The notes under the pieces: model-generated
Told to the model about the DNA's origin: nothing
Database searches by the model: none
Seen by the model: the letters and a program-made list of their open reading frames with translations, nothing else
Program-made: the position numbers and the translations under genes
Shown here: in pieces, positions 55,064 through 64,000 of the stretch
Position numbering within the stretch: position 1 is the stretch's first letter
Layout: each line of letters opens with the position of its first letter
Assembly (NCBI GenBank): GCA_965248305.1
Contig: OZ252099.1
Span: 2,416,338 to 2,480,337, forward strand
DNA from: Bryobacterales bacterium
GTDB lineage: Bacteria; Acidobacteriota; Terriglobia; Bryobacterales; UBA6623
Length of the DNA: 64,000 nucleotides
Reading direction: 5' to 3'

Positions 55064-56017
55064 TCAGCGCTCCGTCCACCCCAATTCAGCCAAGAGCGCT
55101 TGAACCCCGTCCGGTCGAACGCTGTCCTGCCGGGCCTGGCGGGAATCATTCCTCCGCCGTTGCAACTCGGCGCCCCGATCGATAGTGCCGTTCAGCCCGC
55201 CCCACTGGGACATTGCGGCCTCGTCGAGCGAAGCCAAGGCTCGCTCAACGACCTCCAGTTCGTCCATTTGAGCGTCACTCATACGCCCGACAGGTCCCTC
55301 AATCCCGCGCTCCTGCCACCGGGCCAGGATGCGCCCGACCCCCGTCAAGCGCGTACCGGAAACACCCACTGCGACCACTTCCACGCGCATGTCGCGCTCG
55401 GCAAGCGCAGCCCACAGGGGGGCATGCTCCGCACCCCAGGAGAGCAATTCGTCATACGTCTCCCCACCGATGTCCACGAAGACGAACCGCGCACTTCCGG
55501 CCCCGCAAGCGACCGGCATTTTCCAGCCGAACGGGCGGACCGTCCGTCCGCCATTGCTTGACCCATAGACTCGCTTGGGCAGGATCCGCCGATTAATTCC
55601 CAACGCCTCGAACGCCGCCACTTTCTCGGGCTCGGTGGGCAGCCAGGGCGACCCGAGTTCACCGATGACGAAGTCCAGCGACAGCAGCCGCCGCAGCAGT
55701 GTGCCCGGGGCGGCATCCTTGCGGTGGCGGATGTGCTCGGCGCCGAGGGCGCGGTAGACGAGCCGGGATTTCAGGCGGCAGACCCGACCGATCTCCGGCA
55801 TCTCGAAATCTTCGGCGTATCGGCGCAGCTGCAAGGCCTCGACGATTCGCAGAGCACGCATGCGCACCGTGCTGCCTTCCCCCCCGACTAACCGCCCGTA
55901 CTGCGAGCGCAGGAACACGCCGCTGTGCAGCGCGACCAGCGCGATCCATTCCGCCTCCCTGAGCTTGAAGCCGAGTTCCTCGACGGCCTTCTCGCGGCCC
56001 TGCAGATGCGCGATCAC
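55064..56017 (-). CDS. Conjugation-associated wHTH-containing protein
   Basis: GFKLREAEWIALVALHSGVFLRSQY...YRALG...RHR...RRLLSLDFV...WLPTEPEKV. Coupled to the upstream gene. Confidence 0.7.
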   Translation of the reverse strand: MIAHLQGREKAVEELGFKLREAEWIALVALHSGVFLRSQYGRLVGGEGSTVRMRALRIVEALQLRRYAEDFEMPEIGRVCRLKSRLVYRALGAEHIRHRKDAAPGTLLRRLLSLDFVIGELGSPWLPTEPEKVAAFEALGINRRILPKRVYGSSNGGRTVRPFGWKMPVACGAGSARFVFVDIGGETYDELLSWGAEHAPLWAALAERDMRVEVVAVGVSGTRLTGVGRILARWQERGIEGPVGRMSDAQMDELEVVERALASLDEAAMSQWGGLNGTIDRGAELQRRRNDSRQARQDSVRPDGVQALLAELGWTER

Positions 56018-56880
56018 AGCTCGAGGAGCCCCCCGTCGCCGCTGCGGCCGCCGCCGCCTCCTCCGCCTCCGCTACCCTCGAGGGCGGCCAGGTTGAGCTT
56101 GCGCCGCGCGCGTCCGTCCGCGGCGTGCATGCGGAACCCCGCCGCGAGCTTCGCGGAGATCTCCTTGGCGCGATAGTGTCCCGTCGCGACCTCGACGTTG
56201 ATGCGCCCGCCTCGCCCCTCCGCGTCGACGTACTCGATCTGCAGGTCCGGATAGATCACCTTGCCGTCCACCACCGGTATCCCCAGCGCCTTCGCCGCCG
56301 CCTGCTTGACCCGCTCGGCCGCCTCGCGCCCGGACCGGGCGCGGGCCTTCTCCGCGGCCTTGGCGACCGCCGACTTGAGTTCGGAGTCGCAGCGGATCCG
56401 CTGGACCGTTGCGCCTTCCCCTTCGAGCTTGCGGCACTCCTCCCGCCCGGCCCGGTAGACCGCGGCCTCGTGGGATGCCTCGCGCGCCTTCACGCGACCG
56501 CCCCAGTAGCGCTGCCCGGGATCCAGCTGCTCGCGATGCTGGCCGGCGGCCTCGCGCCGGCCGGCCTGTGTGAGGTGCAGGACCTTGAACGCCCGCCCTT
56601 TCGGCCCCCGCGCGGAGAACTCCTCGACCAGGCCGCGCCGCTTCAGCTCGTCGATCCCGCGCCGCGCCGCGTAGGGATGGCCCCCAAAGCGCTCGGCCGC
56701 GATGTCCGCCACGGCCGCGCAGCGGTAGATCCCGAGATCCTCGAGGGTCCGCGCCTGGCGCGCCGCGAAGCTGACGCGCTCGCGTCGCGGATCGTGTTCC
56801 CGGCGGTGTCCGGTCCGCGACGCACGCACCCGGCCCCGGCCCTGCTGGCGGTCCCGCTCGACCTGCTGGGCCCGGCTCAT
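56014..56880 (-). CDS. wHTH plus PD-(D/E)XK protein (Replic_Relax/MOBC-like)
   Basis: LKRRGLV...LHLTQAG, HEAAVY and YPDLQIEY...NVEVATGHY...ISAK. Confidence 0.65.
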   Translation of the reverse strand: MSRAQQVERDRQQGRGRVRASRTGHRREHDPRRERVSFAARQARTLEDLGIYRCAAVADIAAERFGGHPYAARRGIDELKRRGLVEEFSARGPKGRAFKVLHLTQAGRREAAGQHREQLDPGQRYWGGRVKAREASHEAAVYRAGREECRKLEGEGATVQRIRCDSELKSAVAKAAEKARARSGREAAERVKQAAAKALGIPVVDGKVIYPDLQIEYVDAEGRGGRINVEVATGHYRAKEISAKLAAGFRMHAADGRARRKLNLAALEGSGGGGGGGGRSGDGGLLEL

Positions 56881-59800
56881 CGCCCGCCCCGCAGCGCCGC
56901 CGACCCCTTGACCATGACAGCCGCCTTGTCGGCCGTCGCGGTGGCCGCCAGCGCTCCCAGCATGCCGCCTCCGCTGACGCTGCCGGAGACCAGGCCGGAC
57001 GCCAGTTCCGGGATCTTGAACGTGGCCAGGATCCCGGCCAGGGCGAGCGCGATATACGACACGATCCACATCAGCGCCGCGCCGAGGGCCGTCAGGTCGG
57101 GAGTGAGCGACTCCCAGATGCCGTCGCTGGCCGCGCGCACGGCGGCCAGGAAAACGCGCAGGACGCAGGCGGCGACCGCCGAGTACAGCGAGTACGTCAG
57201 CAGCGTCCGCAGCCACCCCCAGAAGAGGAAAGCGAGCGGCTCGAAGAGCAGGAACGGCACGAAGATCGGCCCCAGGGCGACAGCTACGGCGATCGCGAAC
57301 TGCGCCCAGATCACCTGGGCGTAGCTCAACAGCACCAGCAGCAGCGAGACGATCGCCATGAACACCGCCAGGACCGCCAGCACGGCGCCGGCGATCAGGT
57401 TGCCGCCGATCGCCCCTATGTTGAATATCCAGAAGATGCCCCAGTCGCTCGCCGACGCGATCGCTTCGGTGAACGCCCGCGTGACGAACGCCCCGAGCCA
57501 CCTCCAGGTCGACGAGTAGCTGTCGCGGGTAACCATGTCGGCGACCCACGAGCCCATGCCCACGATCGCCTCCGGCAAGGTCAGCCCGCCCACGGGCATC
57601 GGCGTGTCGTAGTAGAACAGGATCGCCCGCGGGACCATGATGGCCGTCACCAGCCGCACGAAATCCCAGCCGGAGAAGCCGCCGCCGGAGAAGGCGATCC
57701 GCACCCCGGTCCAGACGATGACCATCGCCGCGAGGCCCTCCCACATCTGCTCTCCCGCGCCCAGCAGGGGCGCGGCCATGTCGGCCAGCAGGTCCTCCGT
57801 CAGGCTGTCCAGCATGGCCTTGATCGCGCCGGGATCGTTCGAGTGGATCTGCTGGGCTCGGCTCACCCAACTTTGGAGTTTTTTCGGCAGATGCAGTTGT
57901 AGGTCATTGATTTCATTGAGTCGGATTTCCGCGAAACGGATTTGCGGTCACTACACTTTGTGATCCTTGGCGATATCTCCTGACTGTTCCCTGAGCGCGT
58001 CCCAGTCCAGCGGAATCGTGCGCCGGTGACGCTGGAACGCGAGCCCGGCCGCCGCTGCGAGGCGCGCCTGCTCGTTGTTCGGGTCCACGTCCTGCCGCTG
58101 GCTCCAGGTCTGCCCCTCCGCCGTCCGCATCGTCGTCGTCAGGCGCACCCACGTCCGCATCCGCTCGCGGATCGAGTGCCAGCTGTACGTCACGCCCGCG
58201 GCCCGCAGCCGGTAGCGCAGGGCGTGTACCAGGTGGTAGGCCAGCACCGTAATGAACAGGTGACCCGCCACGCGCTGGCCCAGGCTGTGGTGCAGCGGCC
58301 GCAACCCCAGCTCCTCTTTGAACGAGCGGAACGTCGCCTCGATGTCCGCCAGGCGGCAGTATTCCCGCACGATCCGCTCGTCGTCCCAGTCCGTCCGGCT
58401 GGTGCGCAGCAGGCTCGTGCCCTGCACCCGGTCCCGCTGCCCGTGACGCGGCCCCAGCTCCCACAGCACGGCCTTGGCACGGCCCTTCTCGCCGCGCTCC
58501 ACACGCACCTTGTACTGGCTCGCCACCAGCTTGTGCGTCTGCTCCAAGCGACCCAACTTGCGCAGCACCTTGGCGTACGCCTTCAGGTGGCCCTTGACAC
58601 TGAGCCCCGTGTGCAGCGCCTGCAGGCACGCCTCGTAGCGCGCCCGCCGCCGCTGCAGGAAGTCCTGCTCGTCCCGCTCCCGCTGCGGGCTCCACACGCA
58701 CAGCCGGGCCTCCTCACCTGGATCCGCCTCCGGCCGCTCCGCCGCCGCTCCTGCCGCCAAGCCGGCCTCCGCTGTGCTCAGCCGCCAGATCTGCAGCTGA
58801 TGCCCCCCGGCGCTCTGCCACTGCGTGTCCGCGGCACGCTCCGGGGCCGCCCGCCGCGGCCGCTCCACCGTGATCCAGTGCAGGCCCTGCTCGCGCAGCC
58901 AAGCCAGGTTCTCCGCGCGCACGATGCCGCCGTCGAAGACCACCGTCGGGCGCTCCCCGGCCAGCGCGCCCAGCCGCCGGACCGCTTCCTGCAGCGTGCC
59001 GGGCTCGCCGACGTTGCCCGCCAGCACTTCCGACCGCCGCGGAAAACCCTGCCCGTCCAGCAGCAGGCCGAGCGTGACCAGCGGGCAGTCATGGCGCTTC
59101 TGCTTGGAGCGGCCGCGCGCCGCGTAGGGGTGCTTGGGCCGGCCGGTATGGAAGGTGTTGGTGAGGTCGTAGAAGATGATGCGGGGCTCGAGGCGGAACA
59201 GCTTGCTTTCGTGGGCGAAGAGGGTCGGCTCGATCTGGTCGCGGGCCTGCCAGAGGGCGTCGGAGGCGAGATAGAGGGAGTTGGAGGCGAGGTCGGCGGG
59301 CCGCAGGCCGAGCAGTTCGGGCAGGGCGGAGTCGTGCTGCAGCCAGCGCAGGGTCTCGCGCTCGCTGGCCGGATGCAGGGCGCGGGCGAGGATCTGGGCG
59401 CAGCCGAGGCGGACGTGGCGCGGGCGTAGTCCGGCCTGCTGCAGGCACTCGCGCAGGCCCAGTTGGCCAGCGAGCAGGCGGGCCGCGCCGGCCTCGCGCA
59501 CGTCGGTCTGGCGCAGGCTGGAGGGCAGCAGCGCGAGCGCCTGCTCGCGGGGTGCAGGTGCGGGATCGTCGGCGATCTGGAAGCCGAGGTCGCAATCGCC
59601 GTCGCGCAGGCGGCGGCGGACGAGCGGGGCGACGGCGCTGGCCTCGGCGGCGATGCGCTCGGCGAGTTCGCGCTCGGCCGGATCGGGGTCGGGGTCGGGC
59701 AGCGGACGCTGGCCGGTCAGCTGGTCGCGGACGGCGGCGGCGAGGCGTTTCCAGTGGGGGCGGGCGACGCGCCGATCGAGGCCGGCGGGGAAATGGGCGA

Positions 59801-59965
59801 GGACGATCTGGCGAACCTTGGCACCGCAGCGCTGGGAGTGGACGAGGCGGTAGCTTCCGTGTTGGCTGTCAAGCAGATATCCGGGCAGATGTGTTCTGCA
59901 AGGGCGATTTTCTTGGATTTCTCTGCACATGGTGAGATTCGGTGAGGGGCGGCGGTGGGTGCTGC

Positions 59966-60937
59966 TCAGGCGGCGGCCGGCAACTCCCGAGCGGGCGGTT
60001 CGCTTTGCCAGCAGCGGTCCTCGCGCAGCAGCGCAGTGAGCAGGCAAGCGAGCTTGCGCATGACGGCGACCATGGCGACCTTGTGCTCCTTCTTGTCGGC
60101 GATCAGGCGCTGGTAGCAGGCCTTGCAGGCGGGTTCCCAGCGGGTCGCGGACAGGGCCGCCATGTAGAGGCTGTGGCGGGGCTGGGCGCGACCGCCGCGA
60201 ATGCTGCGGCGACCATGCTGTTTGCCCGAGTCTTGGTCGAACGGCGCCAGGCCCAACAACGAGGCGGCCTGGCGGCGACCGATGGTGCCCAGTTCGGGCA
60301 TCTCGGCACACAGGCAGGCGGCCGTGACCGGGCCGCAGCCGGGCACCGACTGGATGATCTCGGCGCGGCGCGCCAGGGCAGCGTCGGCGGCGATACAAGT
60401 CAGCATGCGCTGCTCGCAGGAGCTGATGTCGGCTTGCAGGCCATTGCAACTGTCAGCGATGCAGGCAGCCGCCTCGGGGGCGAGTTCGGCGCGCAGCTTG
60501 CGGAGGGCGCCGAGCTGTATCACGAGCTTGCGGCGCGCGGCCAGCAAGTCACTGAGCAGCTGCAGGTGATCGTCTTGGGGCGGGGTCGCCACGAGGCTGT
60601 CAAGCTGGCCGAAGCGGGCCAGCATGGCAGCGTCGACGCGGTCGTTCTTGGCGAGTTGTCCGAGGGCCTCGGCGAAGCGCCGCGAGCGCAGCGGGTTGAC
60701 CAGCACGGTCTCCAAGCCGGCCTCGAAGAGGCACTGATGCAGACGGCGGTGATAGCGCCCGGTGGGCTCGAAGACAGCGCGGCTGACGCCGTGCTGCAGC
60801 AGCCACTTGCGCAGGGCGCGGCGGCCGCACTTGTCATTCTTGAAGTGGCGCTCCAAACTGCCCTCGAGGATGTGGGCGTCGAGCCCGGATTTGCCGACAT
60901 CGATACCGGCGATTACGGTGGGCTTGGGTGGTGTCAT
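59966..60937 (-). CDS. IS110 recombinase/transposase
   Basis: GIDVGK, FEPTG, KNDRVDA, SVPGCG, GLAP...SG and VAVMRKL. Confidence 0.95.
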   Translation of the reverse strand: MTPPKPTVIAGIDVGKSGLDAHILEGSLERHFKNDKCGRRALRKWLLQHGVSRAVFEPTGRYHRRLHQCLFEAGLETVLVNPLRSRRFAEALGQLAKNDRVDAAMLARFGQLDSLVATPPQDDHLQLLSDLLAARRKLVIQLGALRKLRAELAPEAAACIADSCNGLQADISSCEQRMLTCIAADAALARRAEIIQSVPGCGPVTAACLCAEMPELGTIGRRQAASLLGLAPFDQDSGKQHGRRSIRGGRAQPRHSLYMAALSATRWEPACKACYQRLIADKKEHKVAMVAVMRKLACLLTALLREDRCWQSEPPARELPAAA

Positions 60938-60944
60938 TCCTGCG

Positions 60945-61075
60945 TTCCTGTCCTTTTGCGATACGGGGCTACACCCACGCTTCCGTTGAGGTCGCGCAGG
61001 AATTGATGCGACGGGCCGACCAAGCTACCGCACGGACCTGAAATCCGAGGGGGAAACGGTCCGACCCGTCGCCGC
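60945..61075 (-). ncRNA. Predicted IS110 bridge RNA (target- and donor-binding loops)
   Basis: Loop sequences match the donor junction (ACGGAAGC, AAAAG) and the target (GCGGTAG). Boundaries approximate. Confidence 0.75.
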
Positions 61076-61555
61076 CTCGGGGGCCTTGCAAGGCCCCCGA
61101 GGCGACCTCCCCCCGCTGGCGAGGGGAGGGATCCGAGGCCTGCCGCTGCGGTGGCTTGCGCCACCTGCGGCAGACCAACGAGACGTACCCAAGTCCTAAC
61201 TGGGGATCCTGTCTCCGGCACACTTCCAAGATAAAAGGCGGTGCCGCCGGCAGCGCCGTGGGGGCGGGTCTGGACGCGCCGGACGAACATAGCCCCATGC
61301 TAGCGGAAAAATCCAAGTATGTCAACCTAGGTAGTCAGCACGTGGTCAGCACATTGAGCAGGATACGCCAAAAAACGGGAAAAGACGCAGAATCCAAGCC
61401 AGCAAGACGCTGTGCAGGCGATTGTTAGGGGAAAATAGGCCGGTCCAAGGGCTTTCGGCAAGTGATTCTAGCTGAGAACCGGGCCAAAACTCCAAACTTG
61501 GGCTCAGGTCGACCTGCATTGCGCTCCTCCGCTTGCCTGAAAGACGAGTTCCCCG

Positions 61556-62458
61556 CTAGTAGGCCGGTAGCTGCGGCGCGGTGAAGGCGTTGTCGGCCCC
61601 CGCCGCGTCGTACCGGGCCATGATCGCGGCGGTGCCGTTGAACGGCGCTTCGACCCCGGCCACCGCCGCGGCCTGGTGCGCGGCGACGGCCTCGCGCTGG
61701 GCGGCCGCTTCCTCGACCGCCAGCTCCTCTTGCAGGGCCGCGAGCTGCAGCTGCGCGGCCAGCAGGTCGCCGCTGGCCGCGGCGGCGCTGATCTGCTTTT
61801 GCTGCAGCGCCGTGGCCGACACTCCCGGGTCGGCGGCGATGCCCTCCAGCCTCTGCCGGATGTCCTCGAGCAGTTGCGCGTTGCGCTCGGCCGCCGCGGC
61901 CCTAGCGCTCGTAAGAGCGTCGAGCCTTCCGATCACATCGGCAAGCTCCTGCGCTACCCGCGCGCCGATGTCAGCCCGCGTTTCCGCGGGCGGAGCGACA
62001 ACCGGCGGGCCGATCGGGGTCGTCACCGGCGCCGACGCCCAGGCGCCGCGGATGTCCGCTTCGGTCGGCAGCGGGGCCAGCAAGCCCGCGGCCAGCTGCT
62101 CCGCGCGGGTCCGGACCTGGCCGGCCCGGCTGATCCAGCCCTGGACCTGGCCCGGGGCACCCAGCACCGTGGCAACGGGGAACATCTGGTTCCAGTTCGC
62201 GAGGGCGCCGATCCGCCCCTCGGCGAACTCGAAGGCCTGGTTCAGCTGCGAATCCAGGGTGTTGATCATGGTCGTGGTGTTGGTGATCAGCGACGCGATG
62301 CCCGCCAGCTGGGCGTTGTTGGTGATGGCGTTATGGACGCGCTGCCCGAACGCGGCGATGTCGAAGGTGGGGAAGCCCGCGCTGGCGCTGCCCGCCAGCA
62401 GCAGGGCGGCCGCAAACGCGCTGGCCAGAGTGCGGCGCTTGCGCCTGGATTTGGTCAT
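61556..62458 (-). CDS. Secreted VirB5/TrbJ-like T4SS protein
   Basis: Signal peptide, then GFPTFDIA and a coiled-coil/Gln-rich body. Located between virB10 and virB6. Confidence 0.65.
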   Translation of the reverse strand: MTKSRRKRRTLASAFAAALLLAGSASAGFPTFDIAAFGQRVHNAITNNAQLAGIASLITNTTTMINTLDSQLNQAFEFAEGRIGALANWNQMFPVATVLGAPGQVQGWISRAGQVRTRAEQLAAGLLAPLPTEADIRGAWASAPVTTPIGPPVVAPPAETRADIGARVAQELADVIGRLDALTSARAAAAERNAQLLEDIRQRLEGIAADPGVSATALQQKQISAAAASGDLLAAQLQLAALQEELAVEEAAAQREAVAAHQAAAVAGVEAPFNGTAAIMARYDAAGADNAFTAPQLPAY

Positions 62459-63726
62459 GGTGTCCTCCTGGAAGTGGAATGCAACTGGAATGCCGGCCGC
62501 GGCACGAGGGCGTCGGAAGTGAAGATGACGCGCAGCCTCTGCCCGGCGCGGATAGTGACTGTCGGCAGCCTGTTCAGGTACCGGTCGAGGATCGTCTCGC
62601 CGACGCGGCCCATGCCGGTGCCGGCCCCGGCGCGCGCCCCTTCGCTGCCGCCCGCGTAGGGCTGGGAGCCGCGCAGCGTGAGTCCGGAGATCACGCCCAC
62701 GGCGCCGGCCGCCCCGATGGTGGACAGGTAGTGCCGGTTCACGCGGTCCTGCAGCCCGGACGCCCCGGCCTGGTCCAGCCCCCCGAACTCGAGACGGATG
62801 TAGCGCCCGTCCGGGAACACGAGGCGGTGGAACGAGACCGCCAGGCGCGCCTGCTGCCAGTCCCCGACGGCCTCGGCGCGGCCGATCGCGCGGGTGCCGC
62901 GAGGGATCAGGATACGCTGGCGGTCCCGGGACCACAGGGGGGCGGAGACGATGGCAAGCGCGGGACCGGGGAAGTCGCCCCGGAGCTGGGTGGCCAGGAC
63001 CGCCTCGAGGATCTGGCCCTCGAGGATCCGCTCCCAGCCCGGAGGGTCGTCCGGCGGCGTCGGCGGCGTCGGAGCCCCGTCGGCCGGCTCGGGCACGCCA
63101 GCAGCGCCCGCCAGCCCGTGCAGTTCGGCAAGCTCGCCGGGACCGGCAGCCGCGACCGGGGCGGGCGCCGTCCTCGCAGCTGGCGGCATGCCCGCCTCCG
63201 CGGCGGGGACCCCGGCCGGATCCGCCCCCGGCCGCAGGGAGAACGCCACCACCGGCGAGGAGAGGGCCTCGTGCTCCCGCCGGATCCGGGCCAGCCGCAG
63301 CTCCTCTCTGAGCTGCCGCTCGGGGGTGTCCGGCTCCGGACCGCTGCCGGGCGAGAGGCCCGGAACGGGTCCCTGCGCGCCGGCCGCCGGCCGCCCGGGC
63401 AGGCCGCCGCCGGCAGTCGCCGCCTGCAGGCGCGCCGTTTCGTCCGCCTCGCGGGCCGCCTGCAACCGGGCGGCCTGGTCCTTGAGCCGCGCGATGGCCG
63501 CCGAGGTGGGCGAGACGACCGCCGCGCCCCCCACGGCCTGCTCGCTGATCGCCTCGTCGGCGGCGGTTTCCCCGGCAGCGCCGGCCTCGCCCTCCTCGTC
63601 GCTCGATGGCGAGGTGAGGATGACCAGGGCCATGATCACGGCCCCCCCAATGATCCCGACCTTGTTGATCACCCCCTTCGGCAGCGTGCCGAGGGGGTTG
63701 CGCGGCCGCCGGATCCAGCCGCTCAC
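62455..63726 (-). CDS. VirB10/TrbI
   Basis: N-terminal TM, Pro-rich linker, LIPRGTRAIG, G.SGLQDRVNRHY and PTVTIRAG. Confidence 0.93.
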   Translation of the reverse strand: MSGWIRRPRNPLGTLPKGVINKVGIIGGAVIMALVILTSPSSDEEGEAGAAGETAADEAISEQAVGGAAVVSPTSAAIARLKDQAARLQAAREADETARLQAATAGGGLPGRPAAGAQGPVPGLSPGSGPEPDTPERQLREELRLARIRREHEALSSPVVAFSLRPGADPAGVPAAEAGMPPAARTAPAPVAAAGPGELAELHGLAGAAGVPEPADGAPTPPTPPDDPPGWERILEGQILEAVLATQLRGDFPGPALAIVSAPLWSRDRQRILIPRGTRAIGRAEAVGDWQQARLAVSFHRLVFPDGRYIRLEFGGLDQAGASGLQDRVNRHYLSTIGAAGAVGVISGLTLRGSQPYAGGSEGARAGAGTGMGRVGETILDRYLNRLPTVTIRAGQRLRVIFTSDALVPRPAFQLHSTSRRTP

Positions 63727-64000
63727 AGCAGCCCCTTGGCCGGCAGGTAGACCCAGTCGGCCCGCTGCTTTCCGATCTGCAGCCAGCCGTCCCGCAGGAC
63801 GCGCTGCGCGACGTACAGGCCGTCCGCGGTGAGCTCGTACTCGACCAGGCTCGGCTTGCCGTCGCGGGACTCGTAGATCGCCGGCGACTCCGGCGCCGCG
63901 CTGCGCAGGTAGGTGTGCCGGCCGTCGTTCCACATCGCCACGACGCTGAAGGGGTCCCGCCGCGCCTTGGCGTCGAGCTTGTACTCGAACTTCGTCGCGC
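63723..64000 (-). CDS. VirB9/TrbG C-terminus (runs off the window)
   Basis: FEY...PFSVVAMWNDGRHTYL...PAIY...SLVEY. Confidence 0.85.
   Translation of the reverse strand, partial: ATKFEYKLDAKARRDPFSVVAMWNDGRHTYLRSAAPESPAIYESRDGKPSLVEYELTADGLYVAQRVLRDGWLQIGKQRADWVYLPAKGLL

Larger units (their letters stand above)
59854..61237 (-). mobile_element. IS110-family element
   Basis: No TIRs. CT core at both junctions. Excision restores GGC ACC GCC TAC CGC (G-T-A-Y-R) in the host transposase. Confidence 0.9.
57866..61502 (-). mobile_element. IS1634-like element (transposase 57951..61290 split by IS110)
   Basis: TIR CCCAA(C/G)TTTGGAGTTTT. Flanking duplication CTCA (or GGCTCA). Motifs FYDLTN, GRSK..RHDCP, VFDGG and IEATFRSFK. 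Confidence 0.9.
56877..61519 (-). pseudogene. VirB6/TrbL, interrupted near codon 5-6 by an IS1634-like element
   Basis: Polytopic TM protein with LGPIFVPFLLF..L.FLFWGWL. Removing the IS restores MQVDLSRAQQIH with RBS GGAGG. Confidence 0.9.

Noticed and set aside
56014-57870. 618-aa ORF as a single protein
   Set aside because: The N-terminal half is an alternate frame of virB6. The real start is ATG 56880, overlapping the virB6 stop.

Overview
This GC-rich 64-kb window is part of a decaying conjugative element (ICE or plasmid) carrying a dense defence island and many insertion sequences. The conjugation backbone comprises virB9-virB10-virB5-like-virB6, two wHTH/nuclease-like genes, virD4, virB11 and a pentapeptide-repeat gene at the right end. 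Scattered through the rest are virB8, ssb, two ardC, a RepB-type primase, parA/RHH remnants and a degenerate MOBF (TrwC-like) relaxase. Defence-type cargo includes: a type I R-M locus with a GIY-YIG gene and a GHKL-ATPase/nuclease gene; a Ubl/ThiF(E1)/DUF6527-like operon; a small-protein/membrane-protein/MBL-hydrolase operon; a toxin-like/pseudo-IrrE pair; and an uncharacterised four-gene operon (SocA/YwgA-like, membrane protein, PD-(D/E)XK nuclease, TGT-like Zn-barrel), which is the best candidate for a new system. Mobile elements with ends and target duplications read directly from the sequence are two copies of a 2.6-kb IS, an IS66 composite with a DUF4338-like passenger, two IS1595, an IS1634-like element with a nested IS110 whose bridge-RNA guides are legible, and a 244-bp TGT...ACA mini-transposon inserted in frame. 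All family assignments come from motif recognition by eye, not from database searches.
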